Assembly (NCBI GenBank): GCA_000091205.1
Contig: AP006487.2
Length of the DNA stretch: 64,000 nt
Direction: 5' to 3' (one strand)
Source: Cyanidioschyzon merolae
Lineage: Eukaryota
Position numbers and translations under genes: made by a program. The notes below the pieces were generated by a model. That model was not told where the DNA came from, did not search any database, and saw only the letters and a list, made by a program, of their open reading frames with translations. Shown here one piece after another: positions 24,401 to 36,501 of the stretch. Every line of letters starts with the position of its first letter. Position 1 is the stretch's first letter.

Positions 24401-24972
24401 GAAGCATACTCCGCATGGACACAGATGCGCGGGTCCTGTCTGTCATACGACCTGGTACCTGGCCCGGAACACTTCATACTCAATTGTATGCGCAGCCATC
24501 TCGTCTCCAGGTCGGATGCAATTCATTTACCCCGTTCTAGCATCCAGCACCGCAACCACGGAACTTTATGCCGAGTGGATTGTGAATACGATGCCAGAGT
24601 GCTTCGCACCCTGGGCGTTGCTCGGACATGCGCGTGACGAAAGCATCACACGATACGCGAAACGCATCCAGTCTGTGCCATTCGACACAAGGACGATAGC
24701 CGGTTCGCCACTGAAGCACCTCCTCGTATCTGCAGTGCGCGCTGACGCACATCGTTTGTATGCATTGCACAACCCGGAACTTGCCTCCGGCGGTGCATGA
24801 AGCGGCAGCGGCCGTCCGCAGGAATCCCATGGCAATGGCGACGTCGGGGAGGCCCAGAGTCCTCCCAGCGCCTGTTCTGGACACTGAGTAAACGCTCCTT
24901 GCTTGCATGCTTGCTTGCGGGCGTTTCGTTTGCCCTCGGTCCGCAGTCACCTTTCCGATACACCACGCGTCT

Positions 24973-26175
24973 CTAAGTCTTTTTCTTGACGCCTTGGCTC
25001 GTGACGTTGAATTTGACCAACAAAATATCTCCATCCAGTACCTCGTACGTCTTGCCCTGTTGCCGATACTTGCCAGTTGCCTTTAAAGCACTCTCAGAGC
25101 CAGCATCTCGAAGATCATCATAGTGCATCACTTCAGCGCAAATGAAACCTCGTTCAAAGTCGGAATGAATCGTTCCAGCAGCCTGAGGAGCGAGTGTCCC
25201 TCGTCGGATTGTCCAGGAGCGTACCTCGTCAGCTCCAACGGTGAAAAAGTTGATCAGATTCAGAGCCTGGTATCCGCCGCGGATGATTTTCGGCAATGCC
25301 GATTGGGTCTCGTGCTGCGCTAGGTAGGCATCGACGGCCTGCTTGCCTTCGTTGAGCTCCAAATCCACCAGACGCGCCTCGAGTGAGGCACTGAATGGAA
25401 TGACGGGTTCGTCGCCGGCATATTCCTTGATGGCGCGCAACCATTTGTTCTTCTTTCGAATGTAATCGTGCTCACTCAGGTTGACCAGGTACACAACGGG
25501 TTTGGCGGTGAGGAACAGATGCCGGTTGAGCACGTCGATTTCGGCGTTGCTCCAGTGTCCGTGTCGCACTGCCTGTTCCTGTTTCTCGAGGAGCTCGATG
25601 ACTTTGTGCAGCGTTTCCTCTTCGATACGAAGTTCCTTGGGTGCCTGTTGCCCAGCGCGCGTGAGACGCGCTTGTACGTCCGTAAGTAAGCGTTTTGCGC
25701 GTTCCAGGTCCTTGAAGCGGAGCTCGTCGGCCACGATGCGGAGATCTCTCACAGGATCGATCGCACCTTCGACATGAATAACCTCATCATCGTCGAAGGC
25801 ACGGCATACATGGTAGATGCCGTCGACGGCCTGGATATTGGACAGGAAGGCGTTGCCGAGGCCCTGGCCCTCGTGGGCCCCACGCACCAGCCCAGCGATA
25901 TCCCAAACCTCTAAAAAGGCCGGAACGCGACTCGTGGGTCGATAGAGCTCACAGAGCCAATCGTAGCGCTCGTCTGGGAGCGGTACTCGAGCCTCGTTTG
26001 GTTCGATTGTGCAAAACGGATAGTTTTCCGCAGCAACGTTCAGTTTAGAGAGCGTGTTGAAGAACGTCGACTTTCCCACGTTTGGCAAGCCGACGATGCC
26101 CATCTTCAGGTTGTGGGAGAATCGACCAAGAATAGGCCGTCTTTCCCCTTCATCTGTCCTTTTCTTGGGTGCCAT
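24973..26175 (-). CDS. OLA1: Obg-like ATPase 1 (YchF/OLA1 GTPase)
   Basis: N-terminus MAPKK....RPILGRF...LKMGIVGLPNVGKSTFFN is collinear with OLA1, and the C-terminal TGS domain is present. Confidence 0.9.
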   Translation of the reverse strand: MAPKKRTDEGERRPILGRFSHNLKMGIVGLPNVGKSTFFNTLSKLNVAAENYPFCTIEPNEARVPLPDERYDWLCELYRPTSRVPAFLEVWDIAGLVRGAHEGQGLGNAFLSNIQAVDGIYHVCRAFDDDEVIHVEGAIDPVRDLRIVADELRFKDLERAKRLLTDVQARLTRAGQQAPKELRIEEETLHKVIELLEKQEQAVRHGHWSNAEIDVLNRHLFLTAKPVVYLVNLSEHDYIRKKNKWLRAIKEYAGDEPVIPFSASLEARLVDLELNEGKQAVDAYLAQHETQSALPKIIRGGYQALNLINFFTVGADEVRSWTIRRGTLAPQAAGTIHSDFERGFICAEVMHYDDLRDAGSESALKATGKYRQQGKTYEVLDGDILLVKFNVTSQGVKKKT

Positions 26176-26767
26176 TTCCGAGACTCGAACTGCCGTTGGC
26201 ACACCAGTTTGTGTGCTTATTTAGGGGAAAGGTTGCGAGGTGCACGGCGCTGTACCTGCACCAATGCCACTCGTTCGAATAAGGCAGGGCGTCGTTGCGT
26301 CTGCGAAAGCACCGCATCACGAAATGCGGGGGGGATGTTATCAACTCGCGTGGCGAGGCTCAGGCATCGAACTGAGTTTTCTGGGACGCAAGGCTGATTC
26401 CGGCTACCAGAGTAGGAAGCTCGCCTCTTCAGTGGCGAATGGCTCGTGCGGGCGCTAGCGTCCAACTTCGTTGCAGCACAGGGCGTCCGTGGGAAGTTAA
26501 GAAGCGCGCTGGTGGCTGCTCTGCGAGTTCCGCTACCCCCAGCTTGGCGCAAAGTGCGTCAACGTCGAAGGTGTCCAGCGGACCTTGTCAAGGATATTCT
26601 TGTCGCTGCGGAGCGATGCAAGAACTGCAGGGTGTTTAGCTCTGTTCGTCGACGTACGACGCTGCTGTTTCCACGAGCGCTCGCACAGGTGGCAGCTCTG
26701 TTGGCAGCAGCTGGCCCAGCTTCTATGCCCACGGCAGACTACGCTGGACCGGAACATCTACTCGCGC

Positions 26768-27895
26768 GTATATCTTAAAGTTTGGGTCTCTTATGATTGT
26801 CCTTATCGAGACCAGCCTTTGAGGGCATTTTATGCGATTGTATCCTTTCTGGTGCTCTTATCTCCGGTTTCAATACGCCGGACGCTTCTTTCCCTGCAGC
26901 TCCGTTGCAGACCGTCGAAGCCTGTGGGGTGCAGCAGGAACGTCCTTATTTCGCTCTGCATGGCTATTGTCGATGCGGTTCGTGTACGGGTGGAAGCTGC
27001 GCCTTGCGGTTCGTTTGCAACATGATCCTCTTCCTAAACAGCTTCCGCGTGTTCTTCGCAGCGTTTGCTTGTAGCAGATCTCGAGTTTTATAATGTGACC
27101 ATTCGTATCTCCTCCATACAGTGCACTGCGACGCCTAGAGGCTTGCTTTGCTGGCCTGTACGTGCCCTTGACGTGCTCGGGAGACGTCGCTCGATACCCT
27201 CCTCCGTTTCCGCGCCCGGTGCCGTACTCGCCGTTCACGAGCATCGTCTAGGAGGTTCCCTCGACGAGGGCGCTGTCAGCTGCATGTGCAAGCGCGCACT
27301 GCTGCCTTCAGAGGAGGTTTTTCGGAACGCGATGTTCGCTGTGATGAAATACGTACGTGAAGAGAAAGTCAGGCTTGAGAAGAAGCTGAGAGATCTCGAT
27401 CCGTGTACATCCCTGACCCGCGCAGAGCGGTACCGTACTCTGCACTACAAGCGATACCTGCGATGATGCAGTTGCAAACGCATGACCCGTTTTGGTGCAA
27501 ATAGGAGACACGGGAGCCTCCGGGAGCATACCCCATGAGAGGTATCAAGCTGCTGTCGAGTGCTGCTTCGTCGATTGCCTCAAACATAGGATTGCTTGTC
27601 TTTCGATGTAAATAAGATGTTTCGTGTGAGGGATTCAGTTCTGTCTCGAAAAGGGCCGCAGATCGTGCCGCCAATTGGCATCATCGAGCCTGTTTTGCCC
27701 GTCATTGCACCAGCACGAATAGCAGTGTCCATGAGCTCCCTCGGAGCGGAAACTTCAAAAACTTGAAGCATGCGTGATTCGCGCAAGCTCTGTATGAGGA
27801 AACGAGGCGTATGGTTGACTGTACGTAGGAATTGTCGGGATGGTATCGACAATGTAAGAAACCTCTGTTTGCGGGCGTAACGAATCAGTTTGCGT
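26768..27895. repeat. Dispersed repeat, copy A (about 1.13 kb), about 97% identical to 38054-39173 in direct orientation.
   Basis: Six-frame ORFs are duplicated identically (26797-27093 = 38082-38378). Nucleotide comparison shows a few substitutions per 100 bp, and boundaries where similarity starts and stops. Confidence 0.85.
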
Positions 27896-29451
27896 CCGGT
27901 CACGTAACGCACTCTCGATGCAAAGCATTGGAAGAGGCATCCAGAAAAGCAGACGGAGAATCCTAAAACTCCGAATGGATACAAAGGCCCCTTATTTTTT
28001 TTCATTCCCAATATATCTTGGGTGCAGAGCTGGAGCAAATTTCGGAAACAGCCGCAAGGCAGGAACGCAGCGGTCAGTTTAGTGATGCTGCTGATTCTGA
28101 CACGGGTGCAGACTCCCGCACTGACGCGACGCCAAACGCTTTCTCTTTAGCACAATTCCCAAGCGTCTACGTAGGCTTTGCGCAGCTTTTTTATAGCTGA
28201 GGGTAAGCTGTTAACCACTTTGCGGTCGTGCATACTTCAGATTTGCTGCGAGCAGGCTCGGAAAGCTTCGCTTTCGTGGGAACGGCGCCACGTCATGACA
28301 GATTGCCATGTCAACAATGATGATCCACGAATGCGTTGCGGGCGGTGATTCTTTGAACGCAGAGCAATTCGTAAACACAGCGACGGTCGGCAACGTTTTC
28401 TGAAATGGACATCTCCAGAATGCCACAAAGATCCATCACGAAATACAGAGCCTTAAACGGGATATCAGACGCAATGCGCAACCTGGACACTGCCGTTTCC
28501 AAGGTCGATGTCTCCGTTTCGAAACGCTAATGCAAAGCGATTTTAGCGTATCGGTAAACTGGAGGTCCATTAGCGGCCGCCGTGCAGAGGTACCAGGGGC
28601 CGCATGCGGCGCTTGCAACCATAGCCACTCAAAATCTTTTCTGATCAGGTTGTTATTCTCGACGCGTCAACAAACAAAGCAAGACAAAAGCCCAAAGACG
28701 TCCTCGGCCGTGCAGTGTGGTGTCGTCATTCCCTTGGAGATGTCATAAGAAGCGATTGTACATGCGGCTGTTGAATTGTTTACGCAGCACGGGCAAAGCG
28801 CCGCTGGTTCAGCTGGAATCTCTCACTGAAGAAGCACTACAGCCAGCATTTGACCGGGCGCTTAAAGCACATCGACAACGATCCGTATTGGCGCAACGCT
28901 GAGCAGCATACGGCGCATCACGATGTGAGCGGGTGCAAACGCAGCATCCCGAGCTGCAGGCCATCCGTGCAGGCATGAATTCTGTCTCGCAAGGCCTGCG
29001 CACCCTACGTCACCCAGTGCTAAAGGCAAGCATGAAGCGACTGGTGTGTTGCTCGCGAACGCATCGGTATCGCGCATTACACCCGGTAGTCACCAGTGTA
29101 GGTGCATTGCGGGTGTGAATCCCGCACCAAGTACGATTACATAGATATGCCTCGCCTAGTCCCATGGAGCAAGCGAGGTCATACCAGAGCGTGGATCTAC
29201 CGCTACGATGTCCTTTGCGCGCAGTTGTTTCCGTCAGTCCGGGCTCCAATCTCGCAGAGAATGCCAAAATAGCTCTGTTGGGTATGTTACTGCTTGCTTC
29301 CGATCACGACGGAAACTGCTGTGAAAAAATTCCGCATGGGAGCCTTGACAGCCGCTCTCTGCGTTCTTCCACACTCAGCATACATCTTGTATCCAGCAAA
29401 TCCATGACAAGCGCACACTGCGTACGCAGGGCGCAGGGCTTCATGAATATT

Positions 29452-30033
29452 CTAGGGTGTATCCTCGTTAGCTGTCGAGGTGGAGTCAGTGCTGCTTGCT
29501 CCGATTCGCACCAAAGACTCACGGAGCGGTCGCGAACGTAAATAATACAGTTTGTTCCGATTGTATTTTCGTTGTTCTAGAATGCGTGCACTCTGAATCC
29601 ATGGCGAATACGCCATGATAGAGTGCTCCACAGCGACACCGTCGTAGACGTTGCGAATAAGAAAACTCGAGTTCACACTCCGGTGTCGGGCGGCTATGCA
29701 GAGACCCACTAGCGTACGAAGTGGGGCGCCCGGATCCGTCATACTTGTACGAAGTTTGAGCTCCACAACGTCGCCCGCTTGGATGTTCCTGAGCAAGTCG
29801 CCGTGCCGCGCCTCGCCACTGTTCACAAGCCGCGTGCACTCTTCCTGCTGCAGGGTTTGAAGCAGCGATTTGGCACGTTTGACAGGGTTCTTTCGTTTAG
29901 GATAGCGTGGGAGCGTGTTGTCAGGAGGCACATATGGGGCGTTATCTCGTAACCAGTTTGTCTCTGCGCTGGTCCGGTGTGGACGTCGGTAGCTCGCAAG
30001 CAAGGCGCGTGTCGCTCTGAGCAGTGTGTTCAT
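29452..30033 (-). CDS. Organellar (mitochondrial-type) ribosomal protein bL19 with an N-terminal presequence
   Basis: GDVVELKL....G....R...G.CIA.RHRS..SSF.IRNV.DGV.VE......SP.I.....L...K..R.KLYYLR matches the bacterial-type L19 signature. The start MNTLLRATRALLASYRR looks like a presequence. Confidence 0.7.
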   Translation of the reverse strand: MNTLLRATRALLASYRRPHRTSAETNWLRDNAPYVPPDNTLPRYPKRKNPVKRAKSLLQTLQQEECTRLVNSGEARHGDLLRNIQAGDVVELKLRTSMTDPGAPLRTLVGLCIAARHRSVNSSFLIRNVYDGVAVEHSIMAYSPWIQSARILEQRKYNRNKLYYLRSRPLRESLVRIGASSTDSTSTANEDTP

Positions 30034-30951
30034 TTCCGCGCCAGCCGCGGCGAGAAAACCCCTCTCCTGGATCCCAGCACGGTTTGACTCGTCTATCTCA
30101 CAGATTTCACTTCTCTGTATCGTTTCTATGCAATAAAAGGCACCCAGAGGCAAGAGCCTGCGAAACTAAGGTTCGGTTAGACGTGTATCGACTGTACGAA
30201 GACATAGTTGCTCACGCACGGCCGTCCTGCCGCATTGTACATAAAAATCCATTTCTATAGCAAAATAGATATAAAAAATCGTTTCGTACTAATTCCATTC
30301 GGTCCAGGGCGCGCTGCCTTGTTGGCCCTGCCCGGCAGGACCGCACCCGGGTCGCGCGAGATGCGCGCGTCACCGCGAGGGCCAGCGGCATCGCGCGCTG
30401 GACCACGGCCAGGGCGCTGCAGCGTCGTTGACTCTGGCTTCGCTGCGAGAGAGCCAAAAGGACACGCGATCGCGCTTGTGAAGCCAGCCAGTCGCCGCAA
30501 GCTGCCCATCTCGTGGCGGTCTCGGCACCAGCGCCGCCATGAAAACCGCCAGCAACAGTGCACACGTCCTACGGACACGACGCTGGCCAAAATGAGTTCG
30601 GAGCTCGATTCGGATCGGCAGATGACGCGTCGACAACGCTCGTGTGAAATCCGCCGCCATGCATTCTGTGGCTCTGATTCGCTCAAGAACAGCGCCGCAG
30701 GCTCACTCGCAGTTCTGTTGAGCGGCAGCGAGGTATCGAGATCAACAGATGCCGTCGATTGTCGAAAACAGAGGCCCGTCCGAGAGCATTTTGATAGATC
30801 CAGCCCAGCACAGGCTAGGTTTCACACGATCCTCCGCACGATCACAGAATTGCATTGGCTTTGTCGTTGTTATCGCTTGACAAGAAGAACGAGAGCCGCA
30901 AGTCTACGAAAGCTTTCGAACAAGTTGAATAGAAAACTGGACGAATACCCA

Positions 30952-31647
30952 ATGCACCGCACTTTGCTGATCTTTGCTTTCTTTGTGGCGATCTTCGCCG
31001 TGGCGAGTGGAGCACAGGCCTGGACTACAACGCCACCTCCGGTAGTGTACCAGCAGCAGTGCCACGAGGAGACTACCAAACAGCCGATCAAGCAGACATA
31101 CACTGTGTACGAGAACCAGGAATACACGGTGTACGAGCAACAGAAATATGAGGTCAAGGTTCCAATCACCAAGTACAAGAACGTGACCTACTACGAGCCG
31201 GTGAAGGAGGTGCGCTACAAGCAGTACGAGGTCAAAGTTCCGTACCAAGTGCAGAAGTTCAAGACGGAGACGTACTACGTGAAGGTGCCGTTCAAGGTTG
31301 TCAAATACAAGCTTGTGCCCTACACTGCATACAAGAACGTCTCCTACGAGGTGACTGAGTACCAGAAGGAGGAGCGTCAGAAGCAGATCCCGTACACGGT
31401 TACCGAGTACCGGACGGAGCAGAAGCAGCAGCCATACTACGTGACCATCCAGGAGCCGCATCAGAAACAGGTTGCATACACGGAGTACATCACCCAGCAG
31501 CGCACTCGGCAGATCCCAGTGAAGAAGGTGCGCAAGGTTCCAGTGCAGAAGACCCGCATCGAATACAAGATCATCAAGACCAACGTCTGCGTGAAGCAGC
31601 CTGTGAAGAAGACGCAGCAGCCCGTGAAGAAGAGCAGCTACTACTAA
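30952..31647 (+). CDS. Secreted K/Y/V/Q-rich tandem-repeat protein with a signal peptide and YxVKVP / VxEYxxE type repeats; a putative structural, extracellular or cell-wall protein.
   Basis: MHRTLLIFAFFVAIFAVASGAQA is a signal peptide. Degenerate repeats of about 12-15 aa follow (YEVKVPITKYKNVTYYEP, YEVKVPYQVQKFKTETYYVKVPFKVVKYKLVPY ...). The upstream part of the six-frame ORF (30208-30951) lacks coding character. Confidence 0.55.
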   Translation: MHRTLLIFAFFVAIFAVASGAQAWTTTPPPVVYQQQCHEETTKQPIKQTYTVYENQEYTVYEQQKYEVKVPITKYKNVTYYEPVKEVRYKQYEVKVPYQVQKFKTETYYVKVPFKVVKYKLVPYTAYKNVSYEVTEYQKEERQKQIPYTVTEYRTEQKQQPYYVTIQEPHQKQVAYTEYITQQRTRQIPVKKVRKVPVQKTRIEYKIIKTNVCVKQPVKKTQQPVKKSSYY

Positions 31648-32289
31648 GAGACAACTTGATGGTACGCGTTACGTTTGTTGTGATTTTGAAGATGGTTGGG
31701 GTCGATTTGGAGTGTGTTGGTCTCTGGGGCAGTGGCGGAGGAAAATACTACTTGCTCCACTAGTGCGTGTGCATGGGGTTTTGGCTTGGAACGTGTAAAG
31801 GGCGTATATCAGGTATTCGATTTTTTTGGCATCGTCAAAACATTTGGCGTTTACCAGCGACACGCGTGCTCCATTCTCTATCCATGGGAGCCTGCATGGC
31901 TTGCGCGCGAGCCAAAGCGTGCATGGTCATTTCCGCGAAGCGCGCGACGCTCACGACCTCGAGTGTGAGTCCCAGCGATGCGTAGACGCACGGCATCGGC
32001 ATGGCGGTGCATCACTGGCAGGTGCCGCACCTGCCAGCAGCGGCGAAACGTGCTGATTCACTGCTCGAACGATGCATTCGATGCTCGCTGCGCGACGGAG
32101 TCGTGGCCGCGGTATGTGATCTGGGCTTTATCCAGAGGGAACGCTGTGTCAATGCTGCCTTGGGCCCATCAGTTGCCCTGTGAACCACTTCGCCGGCAGC
32201 CTCTCCAGCAGCGGTCAACAGCAGACAGTGCGACTTTTCCCGTCTGCACGATAACGAGACCAGAGCCCGGTACCAGCGGCACGTTTCCA

Positions 32290-33576
32290 TCAGCATTCCG
32301 ACAACTCGAAGCGTTCTGTGCCAAAGTAGCGCTCCGCAAACCATCCGATACCCGGTACCACCAATCCCTGTTCGTTGACGCCGCGATCGACGGCGCTCAC
32401 GACAAGGCGTACATTCGTCCATCCGTTGCCACATACCGCGGCGATAGCCTCGGGGCTGGCGATCAGCGACAGAACAATCATGTTACTTTGCATACACCCG
32501 ATGCGTGCCAGATCCGTAAGCACCGTGTTTAACGTTGCACCAGTGTCCAGCACCGGAAGCAGAATAAGGAGTTTGCGACGCGCAACGCCTGGTGGATAGC
32601 GGTGAAACTCGATCATGCGATTTCCGTCTGCACTGGCGACGACAGCGACTTTTCCAATGCGAACCTCCCGGATGACTTCACGAACACCATGCTCCATGGC
32701 TTCACCCCCTGGGCTTACGCTGATTGCCGCTATTCTGTTTGAGAACGAAAACCCCTGATAAACCTCACCTGTAGGTGTCGTGACTCGTTTCGTTTGAAAC
32801 GGCAGCATGTTCAGGGCCTCCTCCACTAAAAGGCGAATCATTCGGTCGACATAGAAGATGAACTGGTCCCTGGAAGCATCACAACGGCGGAAGCACGTAT
32901 GCAGGGCGCGAACCTGGCCTGTCAGCGGCATCTCATGCAGGTTTGTGTACAACCGATTGAGTCCACGCTGTTCAAGTTTTACCGCGATATGTTTCACCAG
33001 CAGGTCGATGGCAATGACGTTCTCGACGCCGCGTTGTATAATGATGTCGGCAAGTCGTTTTTGTGGATTGATAAAGTTGTCCAGCGCTGGTTTCACAGTC
33101 TTCTCATACTGGGCAAGAACGGACTCGACTGATCGACCGCGCTGAACAACATCACGTTGGATACGTCGACACAAGCATACATCCGCATCTTCGTCGACGA
33201 AAACCTTTAAATGCAGCAGCTCTCTGACTTTCTCATGATAAAACGTCAAGATTCCCTCCAGAATCAACACTTCTGTACCGCTGGGGAGCGTGATCTCCGG
33301 TCCACAGCGCTGGTGCGTCACGTAGTCGTAGCTCTGAAGGGACACGCTCTTGCCCAGCGCCAGCTCCTTGATCGCCGCAGCGCAGGACTCAAAGTCAAAC
33401 GCATTTGGCGAATCAAAGTCGTACTCTAGCGGATCGCAACCCGGCGGTAGGCCGTGGTAGAACGAGTCCAAGCAGAGCAGCGCGCACTGGTGAGACCCGA
33501 TCGCAGACACGATCCGCTCCACAACAGAGGATTTACCCGCAGCGGAGGGCCCTGCCACGCCAATAACAAAGAGCAT
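32290..33576 (-). CDS. Bifunctional uridine-cytidine kinase / uracil phosphoribosyltransferase
   Basis: N-terminal P-loop IGVAGPSAAGKSSV (uridine kinase) and a C-terminal UPRT domain (..LRA.....R.....G..I..ILRAG..M.....VGIQR.E); 428 aa. Confidence 0.9.
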   Translation of the reverse strand: MLFVIGVAGPSAAGKSSVVERIVSAIGSHQCALLCLDSFYHGLPPGCDPLEYDFDSPNAFDFESCAAAIKELALGKSVSLQSYDYVTHQRCGPEITLPSGTEVLILEGILTFYHEKVRELLHLKVFVDEDADVCLCRRIQRDVVQRGRSVESVLAQYEKTVKPALDNFINPQKRLADIIIQRGVENVIAIDLLVKHIAVKLEQRGLNRLYTNLHEMPLTGQVRALHTCFRRCDASRDQFIFYVDRMIRLLVEEALNMLPFQTKRVTTPTGEVYQGFSFSNRIAAISVSPGGEAMEHGVREVIREVRIGKVAVVASADGNRMIEFHRYPPGVARRKLLILLPVLDTGATLNTVLTDLARIGCMQSNMIVLSLIASPEAIAAVCGNGWTNVRLVVSAVDRGVNEQGLVVPGIGWFAERYFGTERFELSEC

Positions 33577-36501
33577 TTGGGCATGAAGGCCTGCAGATCT
33601 CGAGGCGGTCGCTGGTGCGGTAGCACTGCGAACCAGTGCTGCAGGGTGGAACGCTTCGCGCGCCCCGGCGTGCGACGCTAACGGTAGCGCAGAGGCGCTG
33701 CTCAGGCGGCGCTGTGCGACTGTGTAAGTGTGCGCTTGCTATCTATAAATCTATATCTATATCTATATGGGAACGCAAAGATGCAGTCAGTGGAACCCAA
33801 AATTGTCCCATAACCATTTAAAATAACTGAATATCCACGTGCAGATATCTCCTGGCCTTTCCCGACCGGCGCCCTGCTGTCGGCTTTAGTTCCTCCTTGT
33901 GTATCTCGACCCTGAGAGGCTATTCCATAAAGTTCGATCGTGTCAGCTCCGTGGGTCCCGTCTTCTGCACTACGAATCTTCAACTATTACTTGCGGCATT
34001 GAAGTCGGGGTTTACGAACTCCATACGTGTCTTGCCATTGGTTGTGCACATGAATGCGACGAGTCCTCGAACTCGTGCCTTGTGTGCAATTTGGGGCTCT
34101 GTCAGATCGTCCAGCTTTCCTACCTCCGAAGCGCTCCGCAGCTTTTCCTGCGTCTCGACACTCTCAAGTATGATCCCTAGTACATCCCTTAATATTCCGA
34201 AATGAACTCACTTCTCTACGTCCCTAGGTGAGGACCTTACTGGATGTGTAGGACTCGCGGAGGAAAGACGACATGTGCCTCTGTGTGTCATCATGCTGAA
34301 ATCTGCAGTGATTCACCCAGTGGAGCGATGATTACTTTTCACGATAGAAAACACTCCCTCAATTGGGTTGAACTGTGGAGCGTACATAGGAATGAAAAGC
34401 AGTACCAACTCAATAGAATCGACAAAAGCTCGAACGCAAAAAGAATGGTTAAACACTAACTTGTCCAGTTGAAGGACGTTGCCAGACGTCGGGGGAAGAA
34501 TAAAGCCCCATCAACTGAAAAACAAACCGACATCCCTGTGTTTCATATCCACTGTGACTTTTCAGGAACAATATAGTTGAAATTTCGGTGCAAGATGGCC
34601 GATGAATGACCTCGCCATGTTTTTTTATTCAACTGTACCTCTGTGTTTTCAGGGCAATACGAACAAGAAGTTGAGAAACGGAGACGCTCGTGGTGGCTAG
34701 TATCGTCGCTTTTGGTTTCCGCTGGGTGTTCAACGGTTCGTTTTCTATCATTGGCTGCTAGCAGTCTATGACAATACAGGATTTTGGCGCAGAGCGCATC
34801 TACTTGTTTCTTTCAGTGTTCCTGAAACATCCGAGTACGGTGGTATGACGAATATGAAGGAGGAATACAATCCTCCTTCTACTATTCAGTAAAGAATTTG
34901 AATCTTTCAGGCAACTCTTTGACGATCTATAAGGTATACTACATCGTGATTTCGAACTCCTGTCCTACACCGCAGCTGTGATGGTACAGCATTGAGTTGA
35001 AATACTAGAAAAAGGAGCTGATTCGCCAACACCGGCATACACACTGCAGGTCATGAATATTCATACCCTTACCCAGGGCAGCCTTGGGATATTTTCCATG
35101 CAGTGGCTTCGGTTTTCTCTTTATTATATTCGGCATTAAACACGCCGGTCTCTTCCCTGTCTCTACCTCAGATGACACAAGTCGAGGGATGCTGGCGGCA
35201 GCGTTCGCGTCCCGATTTCGCTACTTTCTGCTGCTATCGACCCATTTGATGCACGGGCAGAAGTTGCAATTCATGCATCGATTGCAATGCTCGTCTTCTT
35301 ATTGTACTGCGTCGGGGCTCCCTCCGCATCGACGACTGTATACAGTTGCCAGGTGTTCCCATATGCCCGCCTCATCTTCTCCAAAATCCGCTTTATGGCT
35401 CAAGAAGGCTGGCCTCATCGCTCAGTGCATGCTGTTGCTAGGCGCAGAAGACTCACCTCGATGTACTCCCCCGTATACACGTTCGGCAGCATACCATATA
35501 AATATGGGCTTCTTCTAGAAGATCCCCTCGGCGAGTACGTCGCCCGCTGCACATGCAAGCACCTCGTGCCGCTTTCGATAAAACAGATGTGTTAGGCGAT
35601 TTTGCCTACGATGGCACAAGTACCCGACGAGAAAATCCAGACTGGAGAACAAGCCCAGAATTTTCGATCCATCTACGTACCAGTCACGCAAAGCGATGAC
35701 ATGCACTCCACCGGAAGTGATTCCTAGCGTGTCTGAAGTCTGAGACCCGCCCCCTTTCCACATACCAACAGAAGAGAGCGGAGGCGCTGGAAGCGTATCA
35801 CACGAGCGGGATCATGCTGCCGTCCAATGCCGTTTTATCTGCAGCCACAAAGAGATGGAGTTTGTCTTTCGACCGGAATCGATTCGTAGACGAGCGCTGT
35901 GCAGTGTACGTTCACCATGAGCCTTGTAAATATGTCGTCGAGTGACGGCTTCGAGTCTTCGTTCTTCTTCAATCCAGCGGCGCGAATCGCTGCGCCAATG
36001 CGTTTCTTTGAAATGGGAAAATCGAAAACTTGAACAATGCATGATACGAGCCTGCTACGCATAAGGAATGAGGCACCACATCCGAAAACGTTCGGAAAAT
36101 ACATCTCAAGGCGGGAACACATCAAGCAGCGCAGAGTTCCTGTTTCATCCGTCACGGAGTTTCGACACACTGCGCTGTCATGGGTGCGCACCGGCCGCTG
36201 TTATTCCAAAATGCACACAGGCGTTCCGAGCCGCAGCGCCGGCCCTGAGCCCTTTTGAAAGCTTGACAAGCGACCAGCGCTTCTGCACCTCGGGGAAACA
36301 GAAGCGCGGAACCTGGTACCGTGCGCGTCGGTGGACGCAGCGCGTCCACAAGAGCCTGGTGGACGGCGGCGTTTCGTCGAGTTTGCAGGACGGGAAGCTC
36401 CTGGGTCCTGCCTATGGGAGCCAGGCACCTGACCTGTGCTACTAGCTCGGTACGTGTGTTGTTCAGGTTTCCTGTAGCGGCGAATCGCGTACCTGCTGGC
36501 C

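Noticed and set aside
26797-28038. Identical ORFs inside the 1.13-kb repeat (26797-27093 = 38082-38378; 27065-27466 = 38350-38751), considered as duplicated small genes
   Set aside because: The ORFs overlap one another on both strands. The longest (27580-28038) is truncated in copy B, and a diverged third fragment of the repeat does not preserve frames. This is more consistent with a non-coding dispersed repeat.
30208-30951. 5' part of the 479-aa ORF upstream of the KY-repeat protein
   Set aside because: No coding character (Arg/Pro/Ala-rich, typical of a GC-rich non-coding frame). A clean signal peptide begins at the internal Met at 30952.
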